Origin: Heptranchias perlo
Lineage: Eukaryota
Assembly: GCF_035084215.1 (NCBI RefSeq)
Contig: NC_090329.1
Location: 29,388,001-29,452,000 of the forward strand
DNA: 64,000 nucleotides
Direction of reading: 5' to 3'
Shown here: piece by piece, positions 13,835-26,228 of the stretch
Layout: each line of letters starts with the position of its first letter
Position numbering within the stretch: position 1 is the stretch's first letter
The notes under the pieces: generated by a model
What the model saw: the letters and a program-made list of their open reading frames with translations, nothing else
Told to the model about the DNA's origin: nothing
Database searches by the model: none
Position numbers and translations under genes: made by a program

Positions 13835-14150
13835 TGATACAAAGCTACGTGGACAGGTAACAAGTAGAAAGGAAACAGGTCATCTTCATTAAAGCTTGAA
13901 CCAAATGTAGATAGGGTGAGATATGGCAGATGGATTTTAATATGGATAAATGCAGGGTAATGTATATAGGAACAAGTAACAGTAAACATGTCTATAACAT
14001 GAAACGGTCCTACTGTACACTCTATTGGCAGGGGATGAAAAGGATTTGGGAATGATCACTGATCACATCCTGCTCAGTGTGAAGCACTTATTAACAAGGC
14101 AAATCAGGTACTGGATGGCATTGAATTCCAAGTCAGAACAAGGTTTACTG
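13835..14150 (+). mobile_element. Degenerate CR1 RT fragment
   Basis: Reads F(VD)TKLRG...WQMDFNMDKCRVMYIG...EKDLG, colinear with 16660-16890. Confidence 0.6.
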
Positions 14151-14899
14151 AAGGACGCTGTTATACCGATCAATGATGAGGGGAAGAGGTTAGTCCTCTA
14201 AAATAACGACTTCTGACCATGCCTACCTTTTTACTCTTCTACTGCATGGAGTCAGTTTAGCTCAAGTCTAATAATTAAACGCTATCATGGTAAATTACTT
14301 ACCGGAGAACAGATAGGATGCCCGATACATCTGCTATTAATTCAGAAAGCAGATAATATTCACAGTGCTAGGCCTTTGTGCAAGCTGAACTACGGTCTAG
14401 ACTTATTTATACAATTAAATGATTCAGAGATACAAACAATAGGCAAAATAGAAGATAGCACAATTGGCCATTTGCAATACATAAAACTGGGATGGCTATT
14501 TAAAAGTCCATTGTTCTCCAGCAACTCTTCGATACAGACAGACTCTGGTGCTACTTGCAGAGCTCTACACACTTTCTATTATACACCAAACAGCAACAAT
14601 GATCAGAAATAGTTGAACAGACGTTTCCACTATTAAGTATATTTCCCCTTTAGAATGTTAAGCAATTTCTTTGAAATAGTACATGCCAAATCTACTCAGT
14701 TCTTCCTCCACCCTGACATCACTGCCCTAACAAACACTCCCTTTTCTTCAGCCAATTCCATATCCATTTCCAGATTTTACCTTGAATTCCCACTGTTTTC
14801 AGTTTCAGTAGCTGTCTTTCATGAAGAACTTTAAGTCGAAGGCTTTTGAGAAATCTAAATGTACCAAGTCATATGGTTTTCCACTGTTTTCTTGGAATG

Positions 14900-17586
14900 T
14901 TGTTAATAAAGGAGGAAATCAATGCAATAGTGAGGAAGGATATTGGCTTGGAAAATCACGATGTGGAATCTGTATGGGTGGAGCTAAGAAACACCAAGGG
15001 GTAGAAAACGTTGGTGGGGGTTGTTTATAGGCCCCCAAACAGTAGTGGAGATATAGGGGAGGGCATTAAACAGGAAATTGGAGATGCATGCATGAAGGGT
15101 ACAACTATAATCATGGGTGACTTTAATCTACATATAGAATGGTCAAACAAATTAGCAATAACACTGTGGGGGAGGAATTCTGGAGTGTGTAAGTGATGGC
15201 TTTCTAGACCAATACGTTGAGGAACCAACTAGAGAACAGGCGATTCTAGTCTGGGTATTGTGCAATGAGAAAGGATTAATTAACAATCTTGTTGTGCGGG
15301 GTCCCTTAGGGAAGAGCGACCATAACATGATAGAATTCCTCATTAAGATGGAGAGTGAAGTAGTTGAATCCGAAACTAGGGTCCTGAATCTAAATAAAGG
15401 AAATTACGAAAGTATGAGGTGCGAGTTGGCTATGATAGATTGGGGAACTTTACTAAAATGGATGACGGTGGATAGGCAATGGCTAATATTTAAAGAATGT
15501 GTGCAGGAATTACAACAATTATTCATTCCTGTCTGGCGCAAAAATAAAACAAGAAAGGTGGCTCAACCGTGGCTTACAAAAGAAATTAGGGATAGAATTA
15601 GATCCAAAGAGGAGACATAAAATTGCCAGAAAAAGCGGCAAGCCTGAGGATTAGGAGCAGTTCAGAATTCAGCAAAGGAGGTCAAAGAGATTGATTAAAA
15701 GGGGAAAAATAGAGTATGAGAGTAAACTAGCAGGGAACATAAAAACTGACCGTAAAAGCTTCTATAAATATGTCAAGAGAAAAAGATTAGTGAAAACAAA
15801 TGTAGGTCCCTTACTGTCAAAAATGGGGGAAATTATAATGGGGAACAAAGAAATGGCAGAACAATTAAACACATACTTTGCTTGTGTCTTCACAAAGGAG
15901 GACACAAATAACCTCCCAGAAATGTTAGGGAAGCAAGGGTCTAGTGAGAGGGAGGAACTGAAGGAAACCAGCATTAGTAAAAGAATAGTGCTAGGGAAAT
16001 TAATGGGGCAAAAGACTGACAAATCCCCAGGGCCTGATAATCTACATCCCAGAGTACTAAAGGAAGTGGCCCTGGGAATAGTGGATGCATTGGTCATCAT
16101 CTTCCAAAATTCTATAGACTCTAGAACAGTTCCTACAGTTTGGAGGGAGGCAAATGTAACCCCACTATTTTAAAAAGGAGGAAGAGAAAAAACAGGGAAT
16201 TACAGAGTAGTTAGCCAATCAGTAGTGGGGAAAATGCTAGAGTCTATTATAAAACATGTGATAACAGAACACTTGGAAGGCATTAGCGGGATTGGACAAA
16301 GTCAGCATGGGTTTATGAAAGGGAAATCATGCTCAACATACTGGAGTTTTTTTGAGGATGTAACTAGTAGGATAGGGGAGAACCAGTGGATGTGGTGTAT
16401 TTGAATTTTCTGAAGGCTTTTGATAAGGTCCCACACATGAGGTTAGTGTGCAAAATTAAAGCACATGGGATTGGGGGGAATATACTGGCATGGATTGAGA
16501 ATTGGTTGACAGACAGGAAACAGAGAGTAGGAATAAACAGGTCTTTTTCCGGGTGGCAGGCAGTGACCAGTGGAGCACCGCAGGGATCAGTGCTTGGGCC
16601 CCAGCTACTCACAATATATATCAATGATTTGGATGAGGGAACTAAATGTAACATTTCCAAGTTTGCAGACGACACAAAGCTGGGGTGGAATGTGAGCTGT
16701 GAGGAGGATGCAAAGAGGCTCCAATGTGGTTGAGACAAGTTGGGCGAGTGGGCAAGAACATGGCAGATGCAGTATAACGTGGATAAATGTGAGGTTATCC
16801 ACTTTGGTTGTAAAAACAGAAAGGCAAATTATCTGAATGGTGATAGATTGGGAAAAGGGGAGATGCAACGAGACCTGGGTGTCCTTGTACATCAGGCGCT
16901 GAAAGCAAGCATTCAGGTGCAGCAAGCAGTTCGGAAGGCGAATGGTATGTTGGCCTTCATTGCAAGAGGATTTAAGTACAGGAGCAGGGATGTCTTACTG
17001 CAGTTATACAGGGCCTTGGTGAGACCACATCTGGAGTATTGTGTGCAGTTTTGGTCTCCTTATCTGAGGAAGGATGTCCTTGCCCTGGAGGGAGTGTAAC
17101 GAAGGTTTACCAGACTGATTCCTGGGATGGCAGGACTGACGTATGAGGAGAGATTGGGTCGACGAGGCCTATATTCACTAGAGTTTAGAAGAATGAGAGG
17201 TGATCTCATCGAAACAGATAAAATTCTAACAGGACTAGACAGACTAGATGCTGGGAGGATGTTCCCGATGGCTGGGGAGTCCAGAACCAGGGGTCACAGT
17301 CTCAGGATGCGGGGTATGTCATTTAGAACCGAGATGAGGAGAAATTTCTTCACTCAGTGGGTGGTGAACCTGTGGAATTCTCTACCACAGAAGGCAGTGG
17401 AGGCCAAGTCATTAGATGTATTCAAGAAGAAGATAGATATATTTCTTAATGCTAAAGGGATCAAGGGATATGGGGAAAAAGCAGGAACAGGGTACTGAGT
17501 TAGACGATCAGCCACGATCATTTGAATGGCGGAGCAGGCCCAAAGGGCCGACTCTTGCTCCTATTTTCTATGTATGTTTTCTATGT
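14900..17586 (+). mobile_element. 5'-truncated CR1 LINE (ORF2 endonuclease-RT), inactivated
   Basis: Consecutive ORF pieces: VVYRPPNS, IMGDFN, SDHNMIEF (APE endonuclease); KSPGPDNLHPRVLKE; [26 protein letters not shown] (RT); microsatellite-like TATGT tail; multiple stops and frameshifts. Confidence 0.95.
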
Positions 17587-17703
17587 CATTTCCTCAAAAA
17601 AGTTAGAGGTTAGTTTCTATTAACAATTCTCTGCTCACCCAGCATATATAGTCAGAGAACAATGCCTGGTGATTACATGCTGTGCCTATATGCATCTCTT
17701 CAC

Positions 17704-17829
17704 TTCACCTGACGAAGGAGCAAAGCTCCGAAAGCTTATGATTTCAAATAAAGCTGTTGGACTATAACCTGGTGTCGTGCGACTCCTTACATTTGTCCAC
17801 CCCAGTCCATCACCGACATCTCCACATCA
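17704..17829 (+). mobile_element. Penelope-like mini-element with minimal hammerhead ribozyme motif
   Basis: TTCAC-CTGACGA-A-GGAGC-AAA-GCTCC-GAAA-GCT-T-ATGA (17704-17741), followed by the AAATAAA..GTTGGACTATAACCTGGTGT tail shared with 26556-26653 and 59584-59773; one mismatch in stem I. Confidence 0.8.
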
Positions 17830-17894
17830 AGAAATGAGTGGCCATAGTTATGAGACACCAAAGGAACTGGGGCTCATTTTATTAGAACAGCAAA

Positions 17895-18272
17895 GATCAG
17901 GAGGAAATCTGATGCAGTTTTTTCAAAATTAAGGCAAATAGGGAAAACTGTTTCCATTGGTTTGTGTCAGTGACTAGAAAGCATAAAGTTAAGCTCAGCA
18001 CCAGAACAAAGGAAGAGGTTAGCAGCATTTTAAAAAAAAAAACTGTAGCCAGTTGTTGGGATATGGAATGCCCTACCACAAAACTGTGGTGGAAGCAGAA
18101 TTTGTGTTTGGTTCTAAAAGGGGAGCGGGTAAATATTTAAAAAAGGAAAATATAAAAGGTTTTTTTTAAGTTGGCGGTGGGGGGGTGGGTGGGAAAGAGA
18201 GCAAGTGAATAGCTCTTTCAGAGAGCTGGAACAGGTGTGATAGCCAAATGGCCTCCTCCTGTGTTGCAACAT
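17895..18272 (+). mobile_element. Degenerate CR1 3' fragment
   Basis: Colinear with CR1 3' ends in the window (GGGAAAACTGTTTCCATTGG...GTGGTGGAAGCAGA...CCAAATGGCCTCCTCCTGTG). Confidence 0.55.
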
Positions 18273-18429
18273 TGTGACAATTTACTGGATGAAATATAAA
18301 AAATGGGTGTACTACATTACAGACATGCAGTCTCTCTCTCTCACTCACACACACAATTTTCCTCTATATGCTGCAGCCAGGCAATCATGTGCATCCAAAA
18401 CAAGAGGAAAATCTGCCCCAGTAACTACA

Positions 18430-20050
18430 AGGTGTTTTTATCCTCAGAGCTCAAAATTCAGTTCAATCTTCTGCTAGTCAGCCTGGTAATGGTGTGGTCA
18501 CAGGGTCTTACCTTTGAGCTAGTTTATTAACCTGCCAAAACTTGCATGAAGGTACTTTCTCTCCTATACCCTGATGGCCCTTATGGATTCGACCACAAAT
18601 CTTGTTCCTCATTCCACCCGGAATATTGGTCCTATTCCAGTATACTTTTAAAAAGTCATTACTCAAGAGATCTTCATGTACACAATAATACTCTCAATTC
18701 ATTAAGGACACCTTGAATATACTTTTGCCATCCTTTTCCACTTCACCCTATAGCCTTTTGAAATTTTCTGTTTGCAATTGTTGCCTCTCAAGTTTAACTC
18801 TCTGCCCAGACATCCAATTTCTGGTCTTAATTGCTTCAACATAGGTTTGTACCTTATTATCAGTATCTGATGCACATATATATTGAAATAGGATTCCTCG
18901 ATAGTGCATCGACTATCTTTTTCTCTGGGACGTACCAATATTCCAGTGACGTTTCATCAAAATCTCAGTTAATTATTGGTACCAAAAGTTTATGGTTGGT
19001 AAATAACCTTAAAGTTGTATGTGTTTGACTATATCAAGCAAATCTCTCACCTTCAAGATACCTTTTCTTCAATTTGCCTGTAGCATCTTTCCATTTCCAT
19101 CAACGTTCAGAAGCAAAATGCAACTGGTGAAAGCTTATTTCCATACTGTTGGAACAATGCATTTCACAAGTAGTAACTACTCACCACTCTGTTTGCTTGC
19201 GTTAATGAAACATTAACACTGGTGGTATTGATGATACAATGTTCTTAACTTGCTCAAAAAATTATTTTTGGCATGTTTGCAAATCCATTGTGTCTTTAAA
19301 ATGCTTTTAGTAAGTCATTGGTTGCAAAACAGATGACAATTCTGACAGAACCCTAAGTAGTTGAAATCATCTCTAAAACTTGTCATAATTAATTTGACTT
19401 CCCTGCAGGCATGAAATTCCCCAATAGCCTTGACTTTGCCTGGATCAAGTTTAATTGAGGTGTCCAAAATACTCCAGCCTCTGCTTATATAGTTGGCATC
19501 TGTTTTTGTTCAATTTCAATCCAGACTCCAAAAAGAGTGTTCAATACCATCTCCAGACTTACTGAGGACTCCATTCGATGCTCCAAAGATAAGTTTGTCA
19601 TGCATAATAGATACATTCCTTTTGAAAGGAAAGTCATTTTTTCCTGAAATATTTCTGGCACTGATATAATTCTAAATGGCATTTGGTAGAAACGTAACCT
19701 ACCGAGAAGGCTAAAAAAAAAATGACAAGGGCCTTATCTGGATGCAATAGTAGCTGCCAAATCCTGGAAGATGCATCTAATGAGGAAAATATGTGTACTT
19801 CAGCCAGTATGGAGGCAATATTTGCTGGTGTAAGAAGTATGAATCTTTTCTATTTCACAGCTTCATTTAACCTTTTCAGATCTGGACTGTACCATTTATT
19901 TTTACAATTGGAACCATCAGTGCACACCATTCTGTAGGTTCAATGATGCCAGCATCTTTAATATTTTTTAGTTCCACTTCTATTCTAGAAAACACTTAGG
20001 ATGAAACCCCACCCTGACTACAGTGATAACTTTTTTCAGATTATAATGAG
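18430..20050 (-). mobile_element. Degenerate Ty3/Gypsy LTR-retrotransposon pol (RT-RNase H, start of integrase Zn domain)
   Basis: Manual minus-strand translation across frameshifts: IIEPTEWCALMVPIVK, DLKRLNEAVK, IFSSLDASSRIWQLLLHP, RFYQMPFRIISVPEIFQEKM, KLDPGKVKAI, FTNHKLLVPIIN, YVPEKKIVDALSR. Confidence 0.85.
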
Positions 20051-20072
20051 ACATGCTACATGAATTCTATAA

Positions 20073-20706
20073 AAAGCAATCACAAATGCTAATGGGATGT
20101 TGGCCTTTATCTCAAGGGGCTGGAATACAAGGGGGAGGAAGTTATGTTTCAGTTGTACAAAGCCTTGGTCAGACCCCATCTGGAGTACTGCATTCAGTTT
20201 TGAGCACCACAGCTCAGGAAGGATATATTGGCCTTGGAGGGGGTGCAGGACAGATTCACCAGGAAAGAGGGCTAAATTATGAGGACAGGTTGCAAAAACT
20301 TGGCGTGTATTCCCTCGAGTATAGAAGATTGCGGGGTGATCCGATCAAGGTCTTTAAAATGTTAAAAGAATTTGATAAGGTAGATACGGAGAAACTATTT
20401 CCTCTGCTAGGGGAATCAAGAACAAGGGGATATAATATTAAAATTAGACCTAGGCCATTCAGGAGCGAAATCACTTTTTCCACAAAGGATAGTAGAAATC
20501 TGGAAGTCTCTTCCTCCAAAAGGCTATGGATGCTAAGATAAATGGATCTTTCAAGACTGAGATAGATTGTTGTTAGATAAGAATATCAAGGGATATAGAG
20601 CAAAGGCATTAAATGGTGTTAAGGTGCAGATCAGCCATGATCTAAACGAATGATGGAGCTCGCTCTAGGGGCTGAATGGCCTACTCCTATTCTTAATGTT
20701 CTTATG
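20073..20706 (+). mobile_element. CR1 3' fragment
   Basis: ANGMLAFISRG, LGVYSLEYRRLRGDPIKVFKM, ESRTRGYNIKIR; CR1 3' UTR ending TTCTTAATGTTCTTATG. Confidence 0.9.
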
Positions 20707-23700
20707 CTTTGTAGGGCGTACTTTGTCTCTGATGCCAAGTTAGAGAAAAGACTGATATTTGCCTTGGTTTTGAACTGATTTATTAATAAATAAAACTACT
20801 TCCAATTTTTTTTTAAAAATTGCTCTTAGAGTGACTCTGGAAGACGATCACATACTTTTGTCAGTCACCTGAATCAATTAAATCTGATTCTTTCAAATGA
20901 GAAGTAGCCAGTCTTATAAGATGACAAAAACTTCTCACCAAGAGGAACTGTACCAATTATTCATCAAAACCCATATTTGCTATTACAACAATTCTTTTTC
21001 CTTTCCATGTGCCAGCTCAGATCCCACAATTTTCTGAGTTTACTATTGAAAAACTGAGGCCTTTTGCAGTATAAACACTGGGCAGAGTTTAATGATATAT
21101 TGATTATTGCCTTTGGAATGAAATGATGTGTCAGGTTACAGGTTAAAAAAAAATATGGGTAGTCAGGCTCTAGGTTTTCATGAATGCATAGCTAACAGCA
21201 ATATTACAAACAAACAAAATCAATTGTTAATTATACAATTGAAAGGCTGGACAAATGTATACACTGTAGGTGAATGAAAGGTGGCTAGTTCAGTAAATTC
21301 AGGACAATATTTTGTGAATGTGTCAGTGTATTTAAGATTTCACCAATACATTGTGAATTTTACAGTAAATAGAATACTGCAGTCAATTCTCCCCATACAA
21401 AATCAATGATTCAAATCATCCAATACCTTATGGTTTACAATGACATTAGAAGAAGCAGAAGGCCCCTCTATAAATCTGTGAAATAAACTTTAAAAACAAA
21501 CAATCTCTGAGAATGAATCACTTGTACTATACCACGGCAGCTATAATAGATTGCACACTGGCAAAAAGAAAAAACTGGAATTTGTCAAACGTGTTTATTA
21601 TAGTGGCTGCACACATCAAAACATAGGAAGTGAACTGTATAAAGTTACTCAACTAAAATCAAAAAAAACTAAATTAAAAGCAAGAACGAGAGTGTGGGGC
21701 TTCAGTAATAATTTTTTTTAAATTTAAAAATCAATCACAGTACACCAGAACTTACTTCTGGGATCAGGCAAACCAATTATTCAACTGAAATATGAGACAC
21801 TAAAGCACACAGTAATTGTGAGCTCTTTACTGGAAAATGAAACAGACAAGTCTCAATTTTCATCACTGCTTATGTGTAATCTGAAACAAAAAAATTAAAA
21901 CTTATGGGCTTTCTGGAGTCTAAAGAAATCAACTGAGTATTACATTCTCATATAAAAGCAATGTGTGTATTGCAGCATGATCTAAGGACATGATTAACTG
22001 GCTGGACAAAGGAACAAGTCAAATCACCATGATTTTGCTGAAGATTATTTTCCTGTTGTTAAGTGCAGACAATTCTTCTTGCAGGACTTCTGTTCATAGA
22101 TAGGACAGGAACCAACACCCAGTATTATCCCTGGTTTATATGTAAACAGAATCTGTACATATCCAAGAGTCACACAGCTTCATCCTGCTATTCACTTCAA
22201 TACAATGAACCACAATTTTACCACACAAAAAGGTGGTAGGGAGTAAAGAACATTAAAAAGATATTGAACAATACTCAAAATTAGAAGTTTGATTTTAGTC
22301 ATGATTGAGATTATACTAAATATCCAAAGTAAAATGGATTTGACACCAAGCCAACTCCCAGCACAAAACTGCCATCAAACTGAGCATGAATTCTAAGCTC
22401 ACATTCACTTTGAGATTATAAGGATGGTGTGAGAAACACAAGTCACTCTGGTACAGGAGGTTATATTTCTGCTAAGGAGAAAGTAAATTGTCACAATTAC
22501 ATACAACAGGAAGAATGCAATTACAAATGGCCCATCTCGTACTTTGGAAGCACATGACCAGGTGTTGCGGTAAAATAAAAATGAAATAACCTATGTTGCA
22601 TCATAATTTAAGCTATATAGCAACTAAATGTTTACAACACAAGGGAGTTTTATGATATACAATATGGGGCAAGAAACAAAAAGTATAGAATCTAGAATCA
22701 CATGGTTCCGGCTGACTTCAGTGAACTCAGCTAGAATTAGTGAGTTAGAGATTGATGTTTGTTTACTTCTGGGGTGCAGCAGAATAGCAAACCCTCTACT
22801 TACAAGTCACACAACAGACCAAAGGATTCTCTGCTTGGCATGCAAATAACAGAGGAGTCTGATGATGTAGACATCCTGATTGCATTACTGTAATCCAGAG
22901 TTAAATCATAAATTGTCCTACTTACAGATCAGCTAAACTTGTTTCAAACCAACATGTTCGAATTCTGAGAACAGACATTACCTTACTGGATTGGTGAAAC
23001 AGAACATTAGAAGAACAAGCAGGTGACTGCTATAGAGAACACCACGCAATAATTTCCACAGAGAACACCAAACTAATAGCAATAATCAATGATATTGAAA
23101 CATATTTAATAGGATAAAAACTTTCAGGTATCAGGAATCCCAGAATAGATCCAATAGGGTTTTAATTTTATTCCCCTTATGTATAAACAGAACATTAATT
23201 TCACTCCCCAGCACTCTTCCTTCCATTCACCCCAATCAATCAGGCAGATGTAGGCAGGGAGAAAACATTGTCAAAAAATGTCATATATGAAGGTCATATC
23301 ATGGGGTTTTGCACAAATCTTGAAAGCCACCAGGGTTATAGTGCAGCTTAAGTGGTTCTATCAGAAAACCAATGTGCAAGGAGGAGTCTGCTGTTGCTAA
23401 AAAATTTAAGTATAAATATAGGAAGTTATAACCGGCCCAGCTTCAATTGTCTGTAGGATAAAGACACAAACTCCAGAGACATTCAAGTCTTTGCTATAAA
23501 ACTACTTGCAATTGTAGCAGATGAGGAAGAAATCCAGTAGCTGACCCTTAAGGTTTTGTTATGTTTTGAATTTAGATAAAAAAGATTTGGAAGCCCGAGT
23601 TGGCATGACTTTTCAGTCTTAAGAGAGTTGGTTATCCAAGAATAGTAGTGAAAGCAGGAGCAATGACTAGGTGGAGAAATAATGCACACATCTGTCCGTA

Positions 23701-23994
23701 CATAGACGTGAGCTGGTTTCTAACAAAAGCTACTGATATAATTTCTCTGCTACCACTTTGGAATGAACTCTATTAGCTCAGTTTTAATTTTCCCTTAAGG
23801 CATAGCTGCTTAAATACTTGCTGTATCCGAGTCCCGAAGAATGTTTTAATTCTTAACTATTTGCTAACACAATGGAAACCTGTTTAGATTTAGAAAGTCA
23901 AGAATATATTTTTACTAGTCATTAAGATTTAATCATACTGTAAAATGCATAAAATAAGGTTTGACTATTGTTGGCAAAGAGGGAATTCCCTTAA

Positions 23995-25050
23995 CTGGAT
24001 GTCCTTAAGCGGTCAAGGACAGAATCTATTTGGTTAGAGTTAAGGAACAATAGAGGCGCCATTATACTACTGGGTGTATTCTATAGGTCGCCAACTAGTG
24101 GGAAGGATATAGAGGAGCAAATTTGCAGGGAAATTACAGAGATGCGCAAGAACTACAGATAATGGGGGACTTCAACTATCCTAATATAGACTGGGATAGT
24201 GATAGTGTAAAGGGCAAAGAGAGGGAGGAATTTCCGAAGTATGTTCAGGAGAACTTTCTTGATCAGTATGTTTCCGGCCAATGAGGAAGGAGGCGTTGCT
24301 GGATATAGTTCTGGGGAATGAGGTGGGTCAAGTGGAGCAAGTGTCAGTGGGGGAACTTTTAGGGAACAGTGATCATAGTATCATAATGTTTAGATTAGTT
24401 ATGGAAAAGGACAAGGAGCAATCTAAAGTAAAAATACTTAATTGGAGGAAGGCCAATTTCAGTGGGTTGAGAACGGATCTGGCCCAAGTAAATTGGAATC
24501 AAAGATTGGCAGGTAAAACTGTAATTGAGCTATGTGTGGCTTTTAAAGAGGAGATGGTTCAGCTACAGTCTAGGCACATTCCCTCAAGGGGGAAAGGTAG
24601 GGCAAAGCCAGAGCTCCCCAGATGATAAGAGAGAGAAAGATGAAGCAGAAAAAGGGGGCGCATGACAGATGTCAGGTCGATAATACAAGTGAGAACCAGG
24701 CTGAATATAGAAAGTACAGAGAAGTGAAAAAGAAAATGAGGGGCAAAGAGAGAGTATGAGAATAGACTGGCAGCTAACACAAAAGGGAATCCAAAAGTCT
24801 TCTATAGGCATATAAATAGTAAACTGGTAGTAAGAGGAGGGGTGGGCCGATTAGGGATCAAAAAGGAGATCTACACATGGAGGCAGAGGGCATGGCTGAG
24901 GTACCAAATGAGTACTTTGCATCTGTCTTTACCATGGAAGATGCGGCCAAAGTCAAAGTAAAAGGAGGTAGTTGAGATACTGGATGGGCTAAAAATTTAT
25001 ACAAAGGAGATACTAGAAAGGCTGGCTGTACTTAAAGTAGATAAGTCAAC
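23995..25050 (+). mobile_element. CR1 ORF2 internal fragment (endonuclease-linker)
   Basis: GVFYRSP, MGDFNYPNIDW, LDIVLGNEVGQV, LGNSDHSIIMF; homologous to the reverse complement of 38700-39170. Confidence 0.9.
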
Positions 25051-25420
25051 CTAATGGTGTTATGATCACTGTACCCCAAATGCTCCCCCACTGAAACATG
25101 CTCCACTTGATTCCCCAGAACTAGATCTAGCACTGCTTCCTTCCTTGTTGGACTGGAAACACACTGATCAAGAAAGTTCTCTTGTAAACATTTCAGGAAT
25201 TCCTCTCTTTGCCCTTTACATGGTTACTGTCCTAGTCTATACTGGGATAATTGAAGCCCTCCATTATTACTCTATAGGTCTAGCATCTTTCTGTAATTTG
25301 CTCCTCTATCTGCTTCCCACTATTTGGTGGCTTATAGTATACACCCAGTAGGGTAATAGCTCCTCTACTGTTCCTTAATTCTAACCAAATAGATTCTCTG
25401 TCTTTGACCCCTCAACTGTA
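25051..25420 (-). mobile_element. CR1 endonuclease fragment, inverted relative to its neighbour
   Basis: Reverse complement aligns to 24010-24390 (ESIWLELRN..GAITLLGVYYKPP...LDLVLGNQVEHVSVGEHLGYSDHN) but is a diverged copy. Confidence 0.85.
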
Positions 25421-25577
25421 TTATAAAAAGACTAGAGAGTAATTGTACTCATCCACAAGGACCTGAACATTAAGGACAATAAGTGAGATATGTTAACTTA
25501 AAAACATGAGAGCAGTCAAGGTGAAGAACAGGCCAGCCATCGAAGCTCATCCTTCTCCTGAGCGAGGCTCAGGCAGA

Positions 25578-26228
25578 TTACTGTAAGCAAGATGTCCAAG
25601 CCCTGTGCCAATCAGCTTGAACTCTTCTCTCACTCCGGTTCTCAGACAGGGCTGTCCTGGGCAGAGTGAGAGGGGTCGGGGCCAGCGTCGTAGCCATCCG
25701 GCTGCCTGAAGTACCGCTGGCTTGCGGAGCTTTTGGCCTCTGCTGCAGGGACGCTCGGCCCGGGCTGCTCGGCGTTGCTCGGGCCGGAGTCTGGTCTCGC
25801 CTGGCCGGCGTCTGGTCCTCCATAGCGGACAGGTGTCGGTGAGGTTCCTTCGACGTAACCCGGCTTCCCAATATTCCTTGGTGTGACTTTATCTCCAGCT
25901 GATGTTTCTCCCGACTCAGGTGGTCCAGGTATTCCTTCAGGAGCCGTGCGTCGGTGCTTGGGGCCCTGTCGAGAACCAGCCTGCTCCTGTCCCGCAGAGT
26001 CAGCAGGAGTCGGCTCTGCTGCTTCTTCTCCTCCGAGGGGCAGATTCTCACCGCCTCCACATTGTGGCTCAGCTGGAAGGTCGTGGTGGGACCTCCGGAC
26101 CTGAAGTGCACGACCAGAGAGACGAGGTTATCCTTTTCCACGATTTCAAAGCTGCCTTCTCTCCACTTTGTGGTCCCGGTCTGTGTGCTGCCGATCCGCA
26201 TTCGGCCGGAAACTTTCATCGGCGCCAT
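25578..26228 (-). CDS. USP37: Intronless USP37-derived retrocopy (retrogene or processed pseudogene): N-terminal PH-like domain plus linker, 216 aa, no USP catalytic domain
   Basis: MAPMKVSGRMRIGSTQTGTTKWREGSFEIVEKDNLVSLVVHF...FQLSHNV...QSRLLLTLRD...DRAPSTDA matches the recalled vertebrate USP37 N-terminus (MSPLKIHGPIRIRSMQTGITKWKEGSFEIVEKENKVSLVVHY...FQLSHNI...QSRLMLTLQD...DKVPSKDA); ILGSR and SENRSERR also align. Strong Kozak ACGATGG at 26228. The frame is open upstream to a TAG at 26333-26331. This is a copy, not the parental locus. Confidence 0.85.
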   Translation of the reverse strand: MAPMKVSGRMRIGSTQTGTTKWREGSFEIVEKDNLVSLVVHFRSGGPTTTFQLSHNVEAVRICPSEEKKQQSRLLLTLRDRSRLVLDRAPSTDARLLKEYLDHLSREKHQLEIKSHQGILGSRVTSKEPHRHLSAMEDQTPARRDQTPARATPSSPGRASLQQRPKAPQASGTSGSRMATTLAPTPLTLPRTALSENRSERRVQADWHRAWTSCLQ

